Shown piece after piece: positions 36,915-48,886 of a stretch of 64,000 nucleotides of DNA. The notes beneath the pieces were generated by a model, which ran no database searches, was not told the DNA's origin, and saw only the letters and a program-made list of their open reading frames with translations. How positions within the stretch are numbered: position 1 is the first letter of the stretch; every line of letters begins with the position of its first letter. This DNA is from Cyanophora paradoxa CCMP329 (taxonomy: Eukaryota; Plantae; Glaucophyta), in contig QPMI01000029.1 of NCBI GenBank assembly GCA_004431415.1, positions 279,235-343,234 on the forward strand, in the 5' to 3' direction. Both the position numbers and the translations under genes were made by a program.

Positions 36915-38611
36915 ATGGTAATGCCAAGTTGCCTTAGCTGCGTAATCTGCGGCGAGAAAAGCGCCGTCGACGATGCCAAGACAGACCGCTCGAAGTCGCT
37001 GGACAAGGTAGTCTCCTCGCGCACAGGTGTGGCCTCTGCGACCCCACTCGCCATCCGCCGCACCGCGAGAGTCCGCCGCAAAAAACGCCAAGCTAGGAGC
37101 TCCGAGCTAGCCCGCAGTCCGCCGAACCATCTCGCCCTGAGGTTTGCTTTCCCCCTGCAGAGTCGACAACGGGCCGGAGCTCGACGCCGCGCTCGTCGAG
37201 CCGAATTGTGAGCGGCGAGGAGCAAGGTCTGCTGGATTTGATCAACACCATGACGGAGCCCGAGCTCGAAGCTCGCGGCGAGGAACTGCTTTACCTATGC
37301 ACGCTCAAGAACTACGAGAGAGGTCGGCGTGCAGCTCGTTTTGCTCACCTTGCCGCCACCGACGCCGAGCGGCAGCCGCCGACAAGCTGCTGGATTCCAA
37401 GGCGGTGCAGAAGTCGCTGCTGGATACGCAGTGCGAAGAGCCCACAGATTACGGTCCGCCGCGATGGCCCCCGCGTCCCGCGCGCTGCGGCCCTGCTGAC
37501 CGGGAAGCGGCCGCAGACATCGTTCGCGCGGCGGTCGGCTCTGCGATGCAGTGCCTGCTGAAGCGGCTCTTTGAGATGGGCATCCCCTGCCGCGACCGGC
37601 ACTGGTCCGCAGCGATTCCCCACCCGCCCGTCCCTGGCGCGTCCCGCCGCCCCCCGGAGCGCTGAGGCGGGCGGCAGGTCCTCGGCGGCGCTGGCGGGCA
37701 ACGAGGAGGGCGTCCGGGCGCTCCTGGCGATTCCGAAGCTCACTCCGCCGCCCCTGCTGCTCCACGACGCCTGCCGGGGGGGCAAGTGGGCCGTCGCTCG
37801 CATCCTCGTCGACGAGCCGCGCCTCCGGGGGTACATCAACGCGCAGGACGAGGCGGGCAACACAGCGCTCCACCACGCGGTGAGCTGTCTATACGTAGCT
37901 CGCGCCGGCGATCCCTCGACCCCCCATCGAAGCCAAGCCGACGCGGCGCCTGCGCAGGTTTCGGCGCAGGCGCTCTCCGTCGTTCGGCTGCTCATGGACC
38001 GCGGCGCCCTGGCCAACGTTGCCAACGCCGAGGGCCGGACCGCCCTTCACGCCGCGCTGGCCCAGCGGCCCGTCTGCTTCCCCCTCGCCGAGTTCCTCAT
38101 CTGCCGGGGCGCCCCCGCCGACGTCCGCACGGCCCGTGGCTGGTCCGCCCTTCACGAGCTCGTCTACAGCCCGGAGACCCCGGCCGCCATCGCCCCCGAG
38201 TCCTCTTCCGGCCCGCGCCGCTCCTCGGCAGCGGCGCACGCCCTGTCGGACAAGCAGATGGCCCTTCTGACCCTGGAGCTGCTGGAGCGTGGCGCCCCGA
38301 CGGACCTCCTGACCGACGGCTCCTCCTCGGACAGCCCCCGGCGGCCGCCCTCGCCCTCCTCCCACACTTCGGAGGCGCCCTCGCTCGCCTCCGGGTCCTC
38401 CTCGGTCCCGCCCCTCGTCAAGGCCGGCGGCGGCTCGGGCTCCGGCTCCGGCTCCGGCGCCAGCGACAACGCGGCTTATCTGTACAAGCTGCTGGATCGG
38501 TCGCCTTACAAGGACGTGATAAGCAAGATCCTGCGGAAGCGCGACGGCGGGGCCTCCACAGCCTCCGGGTCCTCCATCAGGGACAGCCTCCCCGCGTCGT
38601 CGTCCAAGTAG
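36915..38611 (+). CDS. Ankyrin-repeat protein
   Basis: INAQDEAGNTALHHA, NVANAEGRTALHAA, DVRTARGWSALHELV. Stop at 38611. The first exon (MVMPSCLSCVICGEK...LDK|gt) is tentative. Confidence 0.75.
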
Positions 38612-38677
38612 TGGGGGGCCCCGGGGCCCTCGTAGTACCTTGCAGGGCCTGCAGCGCTAGCCCAGCAGCAAACCGGA

Positions 38678-39927
38678 TTAGCAGCCCAAGTTTACAGTAG
38701 CCCAACCCGCGCGCGCAAGTAGAAAACCCGTCGGGCCTTCGATCGATCGCCCCTCTGCTAGCTGTTGCCTTTTGAATTTTGCCGTCCTCTCCAGAACAAT
38801 TATAAGCGTGAAATCGAAGATTAGGATTGCCGCCCTGAGTCGCTTGTATTCGAAGATTAGGATTGCCGCCCTGAGTCGCTTGTAATCCGGGATCCGATCC
38901 CATGGTGCCCGTGGTGTGGTACGCATAGAGGAATACATGGGCAACAAGGAACCTACACTAGCGCTGTAGCTAAGCTCAAAATTAGCCTGGTTAACTACTT
39001 CAAGGACTGCAGGAAGATACTCTCGTCGTCCACCTTTCCTGCGGGCGGGAACTGCGCATGCGCGGGGTTCGAAAGCATGAGAGCGAGCGGCGGGGAGGGG
39101 GCGGGGGCGAGGCCGCGGCGCGCACCGTGCCCGCGGTCTCGTTGAATTGATCGTCGCCCACATCCTCCTGGTCGTCCCGCCCTTCGCTGCTCGCCGCGAT
39201 CGGCCCAGACGTCGGGAGGTGCTTCTTGAGATCGCCGTAGATGCTCGCCGACGTCTTCGTTGGCTTGTCGAAGATGCTGGGCGGCGTACGCGTCAAGGAC
39301 AAATCGATGATACGAGAGTACAGTGCAGGGACGCTCAAAGGCACGCGCTAGTGTGCCAGGGACTTCGCCGTTGTTCCGAGGGACGGGCCTGAACGGCGCA
39401 CCTGAACGACTTGCTCGGCGGAGCCGCCCACGCCTTGCGCTCCTTGTCTAGCAGCTGCAGGGCGATTAGCGACGACGCAGATGCTTCCGGCGAGGCTCAT
39501 ATGTGGCAATGTGGTGCGGCAGGCGCCGGGAGCTCATGGAGCGAGCGCACCTTATTGTCGACGTCCTCTACGTGTTTCTTGAGCTCAGCCCGGGCGGCTC
39601 GGGGGTCGAATATGGTCTCTCCGTCGTCGTCATCGTCGTCCTCTATCGTCGGTGGTTTTACTGCCTTTTTCATGTGGAACTGCGCTTTGGCCTGGCCGCT
39701 GCTCGTCTACGCTTCAACTACTTTGCGACGGAAAGGGGTACAGGTGTATCACACAAAACCTGGCCATGCCAGCAACCGAGAGGAGCATACTGGAGGCGGT
39801 GATGCAAGTGCGAGCCGACAGGAGACTCAGCCCCGCCGAGCTTTCGGCCCAGGTGCGACTTTGGTGGCGGAGCTTCCTGGTTTAGCTGTGCCGATACTAC
39901 CACCGCTGGGGCGCTAGCTGCATCCAT
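38678..39927 (-). CDS. Hypothetical multi-exon protein
   Basis: Exon-like frames KKAVKPPTIEDDDDDDGETIFDPRAARAELKKHVEDVDNKV, SIYGDLKKHLP and REYLPAVLEVVNQANFELSY. No recognisable domain, and both ends are uncertain. Confidence 0.4.
38814..38884. repeat. 36-bp tandem duplication (2 copies)
   Basis: TCGAAGATTAGGATTGCCGCCCTGAGTCGCTTGTA at 38814 and 38850. It is in frame on the minus strand (YKRLRAAILIF twice). Confidence 0.9.
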
Positions 39928-40056
39928 TCGGGCCGGTGGCGTGGTCAGAAACCTGCATCCCACGCGCCGCCGTGGCCGCGGGTCGGGCCGCTGCTCTGTT
40001 TAGCTGCGGTTGCACCTGTGCCCAAACGCCGAACCGGAGACCGCGCGAGTCACAGA

Positions 40057-43000
40057 TGCATCCATTTAGCTTAGCTATGGTCCCTGCGCAGCGCACAGCG
40101 CTCACCGCGGGGTCGCAGCGTCGGGCGAAGGAATTCCGGCCGGAGGCGCCTGGGCCCGCGGCACGCGCGAGCCCAGAGCCGCCCGCGCACGCGGAGGACC
40201 GCGGCACGCCGCCGCGGGCGGCGGCGCTCTCTCCCCTGCCGCCTCCCTCGCCCTCGGGCCGCGGCCTGAGCGCGACCCCGTCCGCCCCCGCGCTGCTCGC
40301 CTCCAGCAGCAGCGCGGGCGGGGCGGAGCTGGGGCTGGGCCTGGCGCGCCCGGCCTCGGCCTCGGGCGTGCTGTCTCGCCCGTCGACTGCGGGCCGGACG
40401 CTGGGCTCGCTGCGGAGCGCGGCGGCCGAGGCGGTCATCCAGCCCGTGGCCGCGAGCCACTCGATGACTCTGGACCTGCACCGGCGCCTCTCCAAAGAGA
40501 ACCGGAAGCTGACGCAGCAGTTCGCGGCGGCGATCGCCGAGCTCCAGCAGCTTCGGGACGCGCGCGCCGCCCTCGCCTCGCGGCTTCAGGCCTCTGAGGA
40601 GGAGCTGCGCGCCACGCGGGACACCCTGAGGGACTCCGAGGAGGCCGGGCGCCGCGCCGCCTCCGTCCGCGCCGCCGTCGCAGACATCAGCCGGGCCCTG
40701 GCCCGCAGGGCGCGCCGCCCGCTCTTCCCGCTTCCCGCCTTCCTGTCTTGCTGGCTTACTTACTTGCGCGCGGCGCCAGAGGGGGGACGGGGGAGGGGGT
40801 GAGAAGTTCGGCCCGTCCTCCGCCGAGAGACTGTGCGCCCGCGCCGCTCCGCCGCTCCGCCTCCGGCGCCTCACCTGAGCGGCCGCGCGCGCAGCATCGA
40901 CGCCGTCAAGGAGGGAAGCCTCGAAGACCTGCTGGTAACCCCCTTCCTCGCTCTCTTCCCCCCCCCCCTCACCTCGCCTCACCTGAGCGGCCGCGCGCAG
41001 GACCTGCTGGGAGAGGGGGCCCACCCCGACGCCCACGGATTCGTGCGCACCGCGTACCCCCCTGCGCCTACGTCCCCCCTCCGGACAAGCGGTACCCCAG
41101 AACCACAAGACGGCGCTGCACGCCGCGGCGCGGGAGGGCCGCGTGACGCTGGCGGTGGCGCTCATCCACGCGGGGGCGGCCGTCAACTCCGTGGACGGCA
41201 ATTCGCGTACCCCCTTCGACGAGGCCTCGCGCAACCGGCACCCGCTGGCGGCGCGCGTGCTGCAGGACTATGGCGGCGCGGCCTTCGTGGACCTCGAGAA
41301 GGAGGCGATCCAGAGCGGGGGGCGCCTCCGCGTCGAGAGCGGGCCCGTCGAACAGGTCAGCGGGGTACAGGCGCAAAGAGCGCGAGCGGCCTAAGCGCGG
41401 ACGGACCGCGGCTCGAAAGCGTGCCCAACCTCACCTGAGGTCGCTCCGGCAGATCCACGCGGCGGCCCACTCGAACGAGCCGGACCGCATCCGGGTACGC
41501 CGATCCGCCCACTCCCCCCCCCCCCCCCCCCCCCTCCCTTCTTGAGGCGTCGGCGCAGCAACTCGTGGACGCGGGGGTTGACGCCAGCGCCCCGGACCTC
41601 GACCGATGCACCCGTGCGCGTACCCCCCCCCCCCCCCTCTTTAAGAGCTGACTTTGCTCGCCCCGCGCAGCGCTGCACCGGGCGGCGGCGGCGGGTCACG
41701 TCGAGGCGCGTGCTGAGAGCCTAAAGTCTAATAAGAGTCTATAATATTCTCTATTCGATTCTAATAGGGTTCCTGGGCAGGCGGTGGACATCCTGCTGCG
41801 CCTCAACGCGGCGGTGAACGCGGCGGACGGGGCCAACCAGACGCCCCTGGGGGCCGCCCTGGCCGCCGGGCACGCCGACGTCGCAAAGCTGCTCAAGGCC
41901 CGCGGGGCCCGCACCTTCGAGGAGCTAAACAGGGTACCCCCCTCCTCTGAGCTTTTTTCTGAGGTTTCTAATGAGAAGCTTCCTCTTCTGTGCAGGGGTC
42001 GATCCGGCGCGCCGGCGCGCGCACGCCGACCGCGTCGGCGCCCGCCTCTGCAGTGGATACCCCCGGCGGGCTCTTCGCCCCCACGCCCTCGGCGCAGCCG
42101 CCGACGCCCTCGGGCGATCCTTCCTCGTCGGAGGGGGACGCCGGCGGCGGCGGCGCGCGGCGGAGGCCGGAGGAGCTCACGGTCGAGATCCCGACGCCGG
42201 CGGTGCGTTTCTGCAGTCGAATTGAGCCGCGCTAGCACTCCATGTTTTATCGACGTGGCCTCTTTAGCTACTTCCATAAACTGCTTTCGAAGCCCGGCCT
42301 AAGCCGGCGGTGCGTGTGTGCGGCCAATCGGGGCCTAGTTCATAGGCCGGACTCCGTGTTCTATCGAGATGGCCCCTTTACTGCATTCGAAGCCTTTACC
42401 TGGCCTAGCTGATCGTCGACATCGCCCCCGCCCCCCGCAGGCGAGCGCGGCGGGCCCCGTACGGCGCGGCTCGGTCGACATTTCGGCGGACGAGGCGGCG
42501 GCGGGGGACGCGCTGTGCCGCGCGGCGGCCGACGGCGACGCGGCGCGGCTGCTCGAGCTGCTCGGGCGCGGCGCCAGCCCGGACGCCTGCAACTACGACG
42601 TCCGCACCGGTCCGTGCGGGCGGGGCCCGCGGCTAAGGCTGATCATGAACTGCTACAAAGCCGAGCTAGACCGACGCCTGCAACTAGGACGTCCATCGGA
42701 TCTAATGTAATCTAAGCTAACCGATCTCATCCAATCTAATGTAATCTTATCGAAACGCCTAGAAAATCTAACGAATCTATTGTAATCCGAGCTAAGCTAA
42801 GCTAAGCCGAGCCGAGCCAAGCTGATGCGCCTCGCTTCGCTTCGCCTCGCCTCGCCTCGCGTCGCAGCGCTGCACGCGGCGGCGGCGGATGGTCTAATCT
42901 AGGATCTAATCCAAGCTAATCTAATGTAATCTAAACTAATCGAAGCCAAGCTAACTACTAAGCTGCCGGAGCGCGCCTCCCCTAATGTACTAGCAGCACG

Positions 43001-43673
43001 AACGAGCTGACGCGCCTCGCCTCGCTTCGCAGCGCTGCACGTGGCGGCGCCCTAATCTAGTCTAATCTGCTCTAATCCAATCTAATGTAATCCAACAGCC
43101 TATTTAATCTAGTACGAAGCCGAGCCGAGCTGACGGGCGCGCCTCGCCCCGCTTCGCTTCGCAGCGCTGCACGTGGCGGCGGCGGAGGGGCAGCTGGAGG
43201 CGCTGCACGCGCTCCTCGACGCCGGCGCCGACCCCAACATCCTCGACCGGCCCGCCCCGCCCCCGCCCGCCCCACTCTTAGCAAGCTGAACTCTTAGCAT
43301 CCTCGACCGGCCCGCCCCGCCCCGCCCCGCCCCGCCCCGCCCCGCCGCCCTTTAACTTTAGCTTAACTCTCAAGCTCGACTCTTGCCCCGCCCCGCCCCG
43401 CCCCCGCCCGCTTCGCCCCGCCCGGCCTTTAACGTTAGCTTAACTTTCAAACTTAACTCTTAGAATCCTCGACCGGCCCGCCCCGCCCCGCCCCGCCCCG
43501 CCCCGCCCGCCCTCCTTTAAACTTTAGCTTTACTCTCAAGCTCGACTCTTAGAATCCTCGATCGGCCCGCCCCGCCCCGCCCCCGCCCCGCCGGCCTCAG
43601 AGCGAACCCTTGAATTAGCTCCGGGTTCCTTAGCTTCGCCAACCTTAACGTCAATTTAAGCTCCGCGGGCCCG

Positions 43674-43705
<32 letters not shown>

Positions 43706-46700
43706 ACCTCCCCGCTCGCCCCGCCCCGCCCCGCCCCGCCCCTGCTCCTCCTCACGGGCCGGGCAGGTGGGACCGCTTAGCTCTTAGGCTTAGCTCTTAG
43801 GCTAGATCTCAAGCTTGACTCTCGGGGCAGGTGGGACCGGACGGCGCTGGACGAGGCGGCGCACGCGCAGCAGGAGGAGGCCGCCCGCGCCCTCCGCTCC
43901 CGGTGCCCCCCCGCCCCGCACGGACCCCCTTGAAGTTCCTAGAGGCGCCCCGCGCCGCTCCCGGCCCGCCGCTCCTGGCCCCGGCCGCTCGCTTGAAGCT
44001 TCTTCCGAGAGGACATGGAAGATAGAAGATGGCAGATAGAAGATAGAAAGGCGTTGAGCGCCCATGATAGACATCTAGGTCCGCACGGTTCTTAGGGGCG
44101 GCGCCTGACCTGGGGCGTCGGGCGGGCGGCAGGGGCGGCAAGACCGGCGCCGAGTTCCTCAAGAAGCCGGGTACGCACTTCGCTCCTGGCCGGCCAGCCG
44201 GGCGGGCGGCCGGGCGGCTATGGCTGAGGGCTGACGGCTCTCGCTCCTCCTCCTCCGCCCCGCGCACGCGCTGTTTCATTATCCAAACCAATAGCCGTCT
44301 AATAGTATCCAATAAAGCTATCTAATAACTAATAAAGGTTTTTGAACAAGGCTATCTAACAACCGTGTAATAATCCGCGCCGCAGCGGCGACGCCGGCGA
44401 TGGCGGGGGTGGCGGCGGCCGGCTTCGTGGGGAAGCTCAAGGAGGGGGCCAACGCGCGCCGCCTCAACGAGCGCACCGACGTCTTCGTCGAGGCGTTCCT
44501 GGACGGTACACGCCTTTTTAGTGTTTCTTTCGTGTTTCTGAGCATGATAAGCGATGCCATGCAGCGATCGCGGGGGGCGGCCCGGACGTGAGGCAGGCTG
44601 GCCTCGGGGGCGGCGGCCCGCGGACGGCTTCGTCTGCGGCGGCGCCGGCGCCGCCGCCGGAACCCAAAGAGGCGGCGGCGGCGGCGCAGGAGGCGCTGCA
44701 GCGGCAGATCGAGGGGGGCGTGGGCGAGCGGCCCGTCGCGACGCTCGCGGAGCGCCTGGGCATACTCTTCCGAGAGGTAAGACAGCCTGAGGCCAGGCTC
44801 TGCTGAAGGTGGCTGCCGAGAGATAGCCTAAGACGTGGCTTTAGGCTTTAGGCTAAGGCGGCTTAGGTGTGGCGTCCTAGAGACACCGCCCGCTTCCGCG
44901 GGCGCGCCTAGTGCTCCCCATGGCCACTGCACCTAAAAGCTCTTGCGCCAGGTCGAGGCGGCGGCGGCGGCGGCGGACGCGCGGGCCTTCGCGGAGAGAG
45001 TCGAGGCGGGCCTCCGCTCCCTCCTCGTCGCCGAGTCGGTCACCCTCTTCCTCGCCGCCGTCGGGCGGCAGTCCTTCTGCGCCAAGCACTCCGCCCCCGA
45101 GCAGGCCTCCATCATGGCGCGCCCCAGCTTTCTTTCTTAATTAAGTTTGATCTAAGATTCGCGAAGTCTTTCGTCCTAAGACCTCATGTTTGAGCTAAGA
45201 TTTGCTAAGCTTTTCTCCCCAAGACATTCTTTTCTTTCTTTCCATCATCCAAGATTCATCCTAATTTCAAAATTCATCTTCTCACGCGCGTCGAGCAGGT
45301 GCCGCTGGGGAAGGGCATCGTGGGCTCCGTGGCGCAGGCCGGCGGCCTCGCCCACCCGGAGCGCGTCGAGGGGGACCCCCGCTACTCCCCCGACTTCGAC
45401 GACTACGCCGGGTACGCGGTTTTAGGGGGGGGGGGTGAAGTGGAAGGGGAGGGGAGGGGGGGGGTGGGGGGTGATAGGCGGCGATAGCGGTAGACGAAGA
45501 CTGCGAGGATGTATAAGATAACTGGAGCCCACTAATTATAAGATTGTATAAGACGAAGTGGGGCCCTCGGCCACTTCCATCGGTCTGATTGAAATAGGGG
45601 AGAGGCGCACGCGATGCGTAGCTGTGGGGGCACAGGTCGGTCGCTTAATAAGCTTAGAGAAAGGTGGCGCAGGAAGCTAATCAGCTTAGGGAATAAGCTT
45701 AATAAGCCGTCTGGCTGACACGTCCGGCTCGGTTCGATTCGGCGGCGCAGGGGCAAGCGGCGGGCGCACACGATGCTCTGCTGCGCGATCACGGTCCCGG
45801 CGTCGGCGGCGAGGGAGGGCGGGGCCGACCGCGAGGGTGGAGTGGAGGGAGGACAGCAGGGGGGCTCCGGCAAGGCCGAGGGCGGCGGCTCCGAGGGCGT
45901 GCTGGGGAACGCGGTGGAGGCGGTCGTTCGGGTTCTGAACAAGCGGGGCGGGCGCAACGCGGCCTTCTCCAAGGCGGACGCCTCGCTCCTCTCGTCGGCG
46001 TGCCGGCTGCTGGGACCGCTGCTGGCCAGGCTCCTGCGCCTCGCGGCCGCCCACGAGGCGACCGCCGCCGCCTGGCGGACCTTCGACGTCGCATCGCAGT
46101 GCCAGCTGTACCCCCGCTCCGCATTCGAGGCCCTCGGTACCCCCCCCATTCCCCGCTAGCTTGACTAGCTTCAAGCTTCGAGGGGCTCGGTGCTTCCAGC
46201 TAGCTAGCTTGCTAGCTAGCTCTCATCCCCCTCCCCAATCCCCCCCCCCCTCATTCCCCCCCTCATCATCCCCCCATCAGAGCGGTTCATGGGGCGGCGG
46301 CTGCGGGGCGTGCTGCAGTGCGACCGGCTGCTGCTGCTGCTCGCGGACACGACGGAGCGCGAGCTCGTCTCCCGCCTCTACGACGTCTTCGGCCGCCGCC
46401 AGGTTTCCGAGAGATTGTTTCTCTTTATAGAACTCTTGGCCAGTCTTATCAGACTATAAGACTTAAGAAGACTATTCTCCCGCCTCGGCCGCCGCCAGGC
46501 CCGCCGCACTCCTAGCCCGGCTCGCCCCAGCTCTAGCCCGCCGCCCCTCTCCTTCTCCTCCTCCTCCATCTTCCTCCTTCTCACCCGCGCGCGCGCCGCA
46601 GACGGCGGGGGCGGCGCCGCCGTCGCTGGACCTGGCGGGGCGCATCGTGGGGCGCGTCTACTCCTCGGGCGTCGAGGTCGCCGTCCACGACGCCGCCACC

Positions 46701-48338
46701 GACCGCCGCTTCTCCCCGAAGGTAATATATATAATAATGAGATCGATGATAAGATCTAGAAGAATATATAGGAGGAGCTTATAAGAATTTGAATCCAATT
46801 AGACCATAAGAAGAATGTAACTAGAGCCCCCTTAGACCGCCGCTTCTTCCCGAAAGTGCGTGCGCGCGCGATCTAGAAGAATGTATAGAAGAAGAGTGTA
46901 ATAATTAGACGTAAGCAGTACGAGTCCCAGTACGAGGTCCGCTAGAGATCGAGATCGAACAACTGCCTTGTGAGAATCTTGTAAGTTTCTCATTATCCGC
47001 GCAGGGGGACAACTACCTGGCGTCGGAGGGCTCGAGCGTGCGGACGCTCCTCGCCGTCCCCATCCGCATCCGCTCCCACGTCCTCGGCTGCTACCTCGTG
47101 CGTCAAGAAATACAAGAAGAGTCTGATGAGAATCTTAAGTTGAGCCTCACGAGAGCGTGATAAGGCTCAGCTGCTGCCTCGTGCGTCTCCTGAGGAGATT
47201 ATGAATCAGATAAGAAGGCTTAGGCTTAGATATAAAAGGCTTAGAAGAGACTAAGACGCGTCCTCGGCTGCTACCTCGTGCCGCGTCGTGCGTCGTAAAG
47301 GAACGCAACAAGAGTCCGATGAGAGTCTAATAAGAGCCTAATAAGGGATGTAACGAGAAGCGCGCGCGCCCCCGGCCCGGCGCAGGCGCTGAGCCTCGAG
47401 AGCCTCGAGCTGAGCTCATAAGACTTTATTTTAGGTTAAGAGAGCCTGATCATGACAAGAGACTCACTAGAACTCCCTCGCGATCGCCCCCGGCCCGGCC
47501 CCAGTAAAGGGTCCGATCAGAATCTAATAAAAGCCCGATTCGAATCTCATAAGAGTTTATAAAGGATCGATCAATTTATGAAGCCACTAATTATAAGAAC
47601 CTCACGGTTTGGGGCCGGGCGGGCGGCGGGCGCAGGCGCTGAACAAGGAGCCGGAGGGGGCGACCTTCTCCGACGCCGACGCCGCCGCCCTCGCCCAGGC
47701 CCGCCCCGCCCCGCCCCGCCCCAGAAGGCTTCTTTTCCTAAGGCTTCCAAGCTTCCAAGCTTCTCTTAAAACAAACGACCTGTAAGTCTTCTAAGCTTCC
47801 AAGCCTTGGCCAGTTAGAGTAACCACCCGCCCGCCCCGCCCCGCCCCGCCCCGGCCCGCCCCAGAAGCTTAAGGTTTCTTTTCCAAAGGCTTCGAAGCTT
47901 CCAAGGGCCCGCCTCGCCCCGCCCCGCCCCGCCCCTATTTCGTTCTTCCTTTCTTCCCCGCCCGCCCCGCCCTTCCTTCGAATTCGTTCTTCCTTTCTTT
48001 CTTTCGCCTTGCCCTAGTAAGAATCTAGCCCCCTAGGCCTCCTGGCCCCCGCCTGCATGCATATGGGACCGGGCAGGCGGGGGCCTTCTGCTTCCTAAGA
48101 TTAATTCTAGACCTCTAGACCTTCCTTATCTAATCGAATCCAATCTTGGCCGGTATATATATTCAAGAATGAAATCTAATCTAATCTTGGGGCCGGGCAG
48201 GCGGGGGCGTTCTGCGTGCAGTTCCTGGCGTCGCGGGCGCACGAGGCGGGCCCCGGCGGGGGCGCCCCGCACCCCGTCTTCGCCCGCGTCCTCGCCGCCT
48301 GCGCCCAGACCGTCCTCGCCGTCGAGCAGGAGCACTAG
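40057..48338 (+). CDS. Coiled-coil + ankyrin repeats + tandem GAF domain protein
   Basis: Coiled coil LSKENRKLTQQFAAAIAELQQL. Ankyrin motifs KTALHAAAREG, NQTPLGAALAAGH, ALHVAAAEGQ and DRWDRTALDEAA. GAF-a: PLGKGIVGSVA...DPRYSPDFD...VLNKRGGRNAAFSKAD. GAF-b: IVGRVY...DAATDRRFS...RTLLAVPI...LNKEPEGATFSDAD. Stop TAG at 48338. Confidence 0.8.
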
Positions 48339-48886
48339 TACTAGCGCTAGCAGGCCGGCGGATGCGTGCAGTTCGCAGAATTGTGTTTAGCTAGCTAGCC
48401 GAATGGCCAAATGCAACACAGTATACGTATACGTATTCCAGCCTAGCTACGTATACTGAAGCTACAACGCGAACAAAAACGTGCAGTTGCGAGGCCAAAC
48501 GTAGCCTATCATAGTATATCTACCGGTAGTATACGTAGCTTTAGGAAATTCGAACTTGTAACTACACATCAAAACGCACAGTACTTGCGAACCTAATCTG
48601 CTTGAATCGATACCGATGGCAGAAATTCAGTTACGAGCTTGCTAATCTGGCGTGCTGAGATACACGGATACGTATACACGTGAGGGATTTCCAACTGCAG
48701 TCGCCGCAAACGCTGGCAACAACCGCGGACTCGATGGAGAGCTACAGAACTCGAAAACGACATATATATCATAGTATACGTATGGGTGCGAAAACTGCGC
48801 ATGCTGACCGTAGATAAAAACGTGCTATCCGCTGAACGGTCCTGCTACCACGAACGTGCTAAAACGTGCTGATCAGAGCCAAAGTT

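Noticed and set aside
38814-38884. 36-bp repeat as a CRISPR array
   Set aside because: Two adjacent copies with no spacer, no cas genes, and a eukaryotic context.
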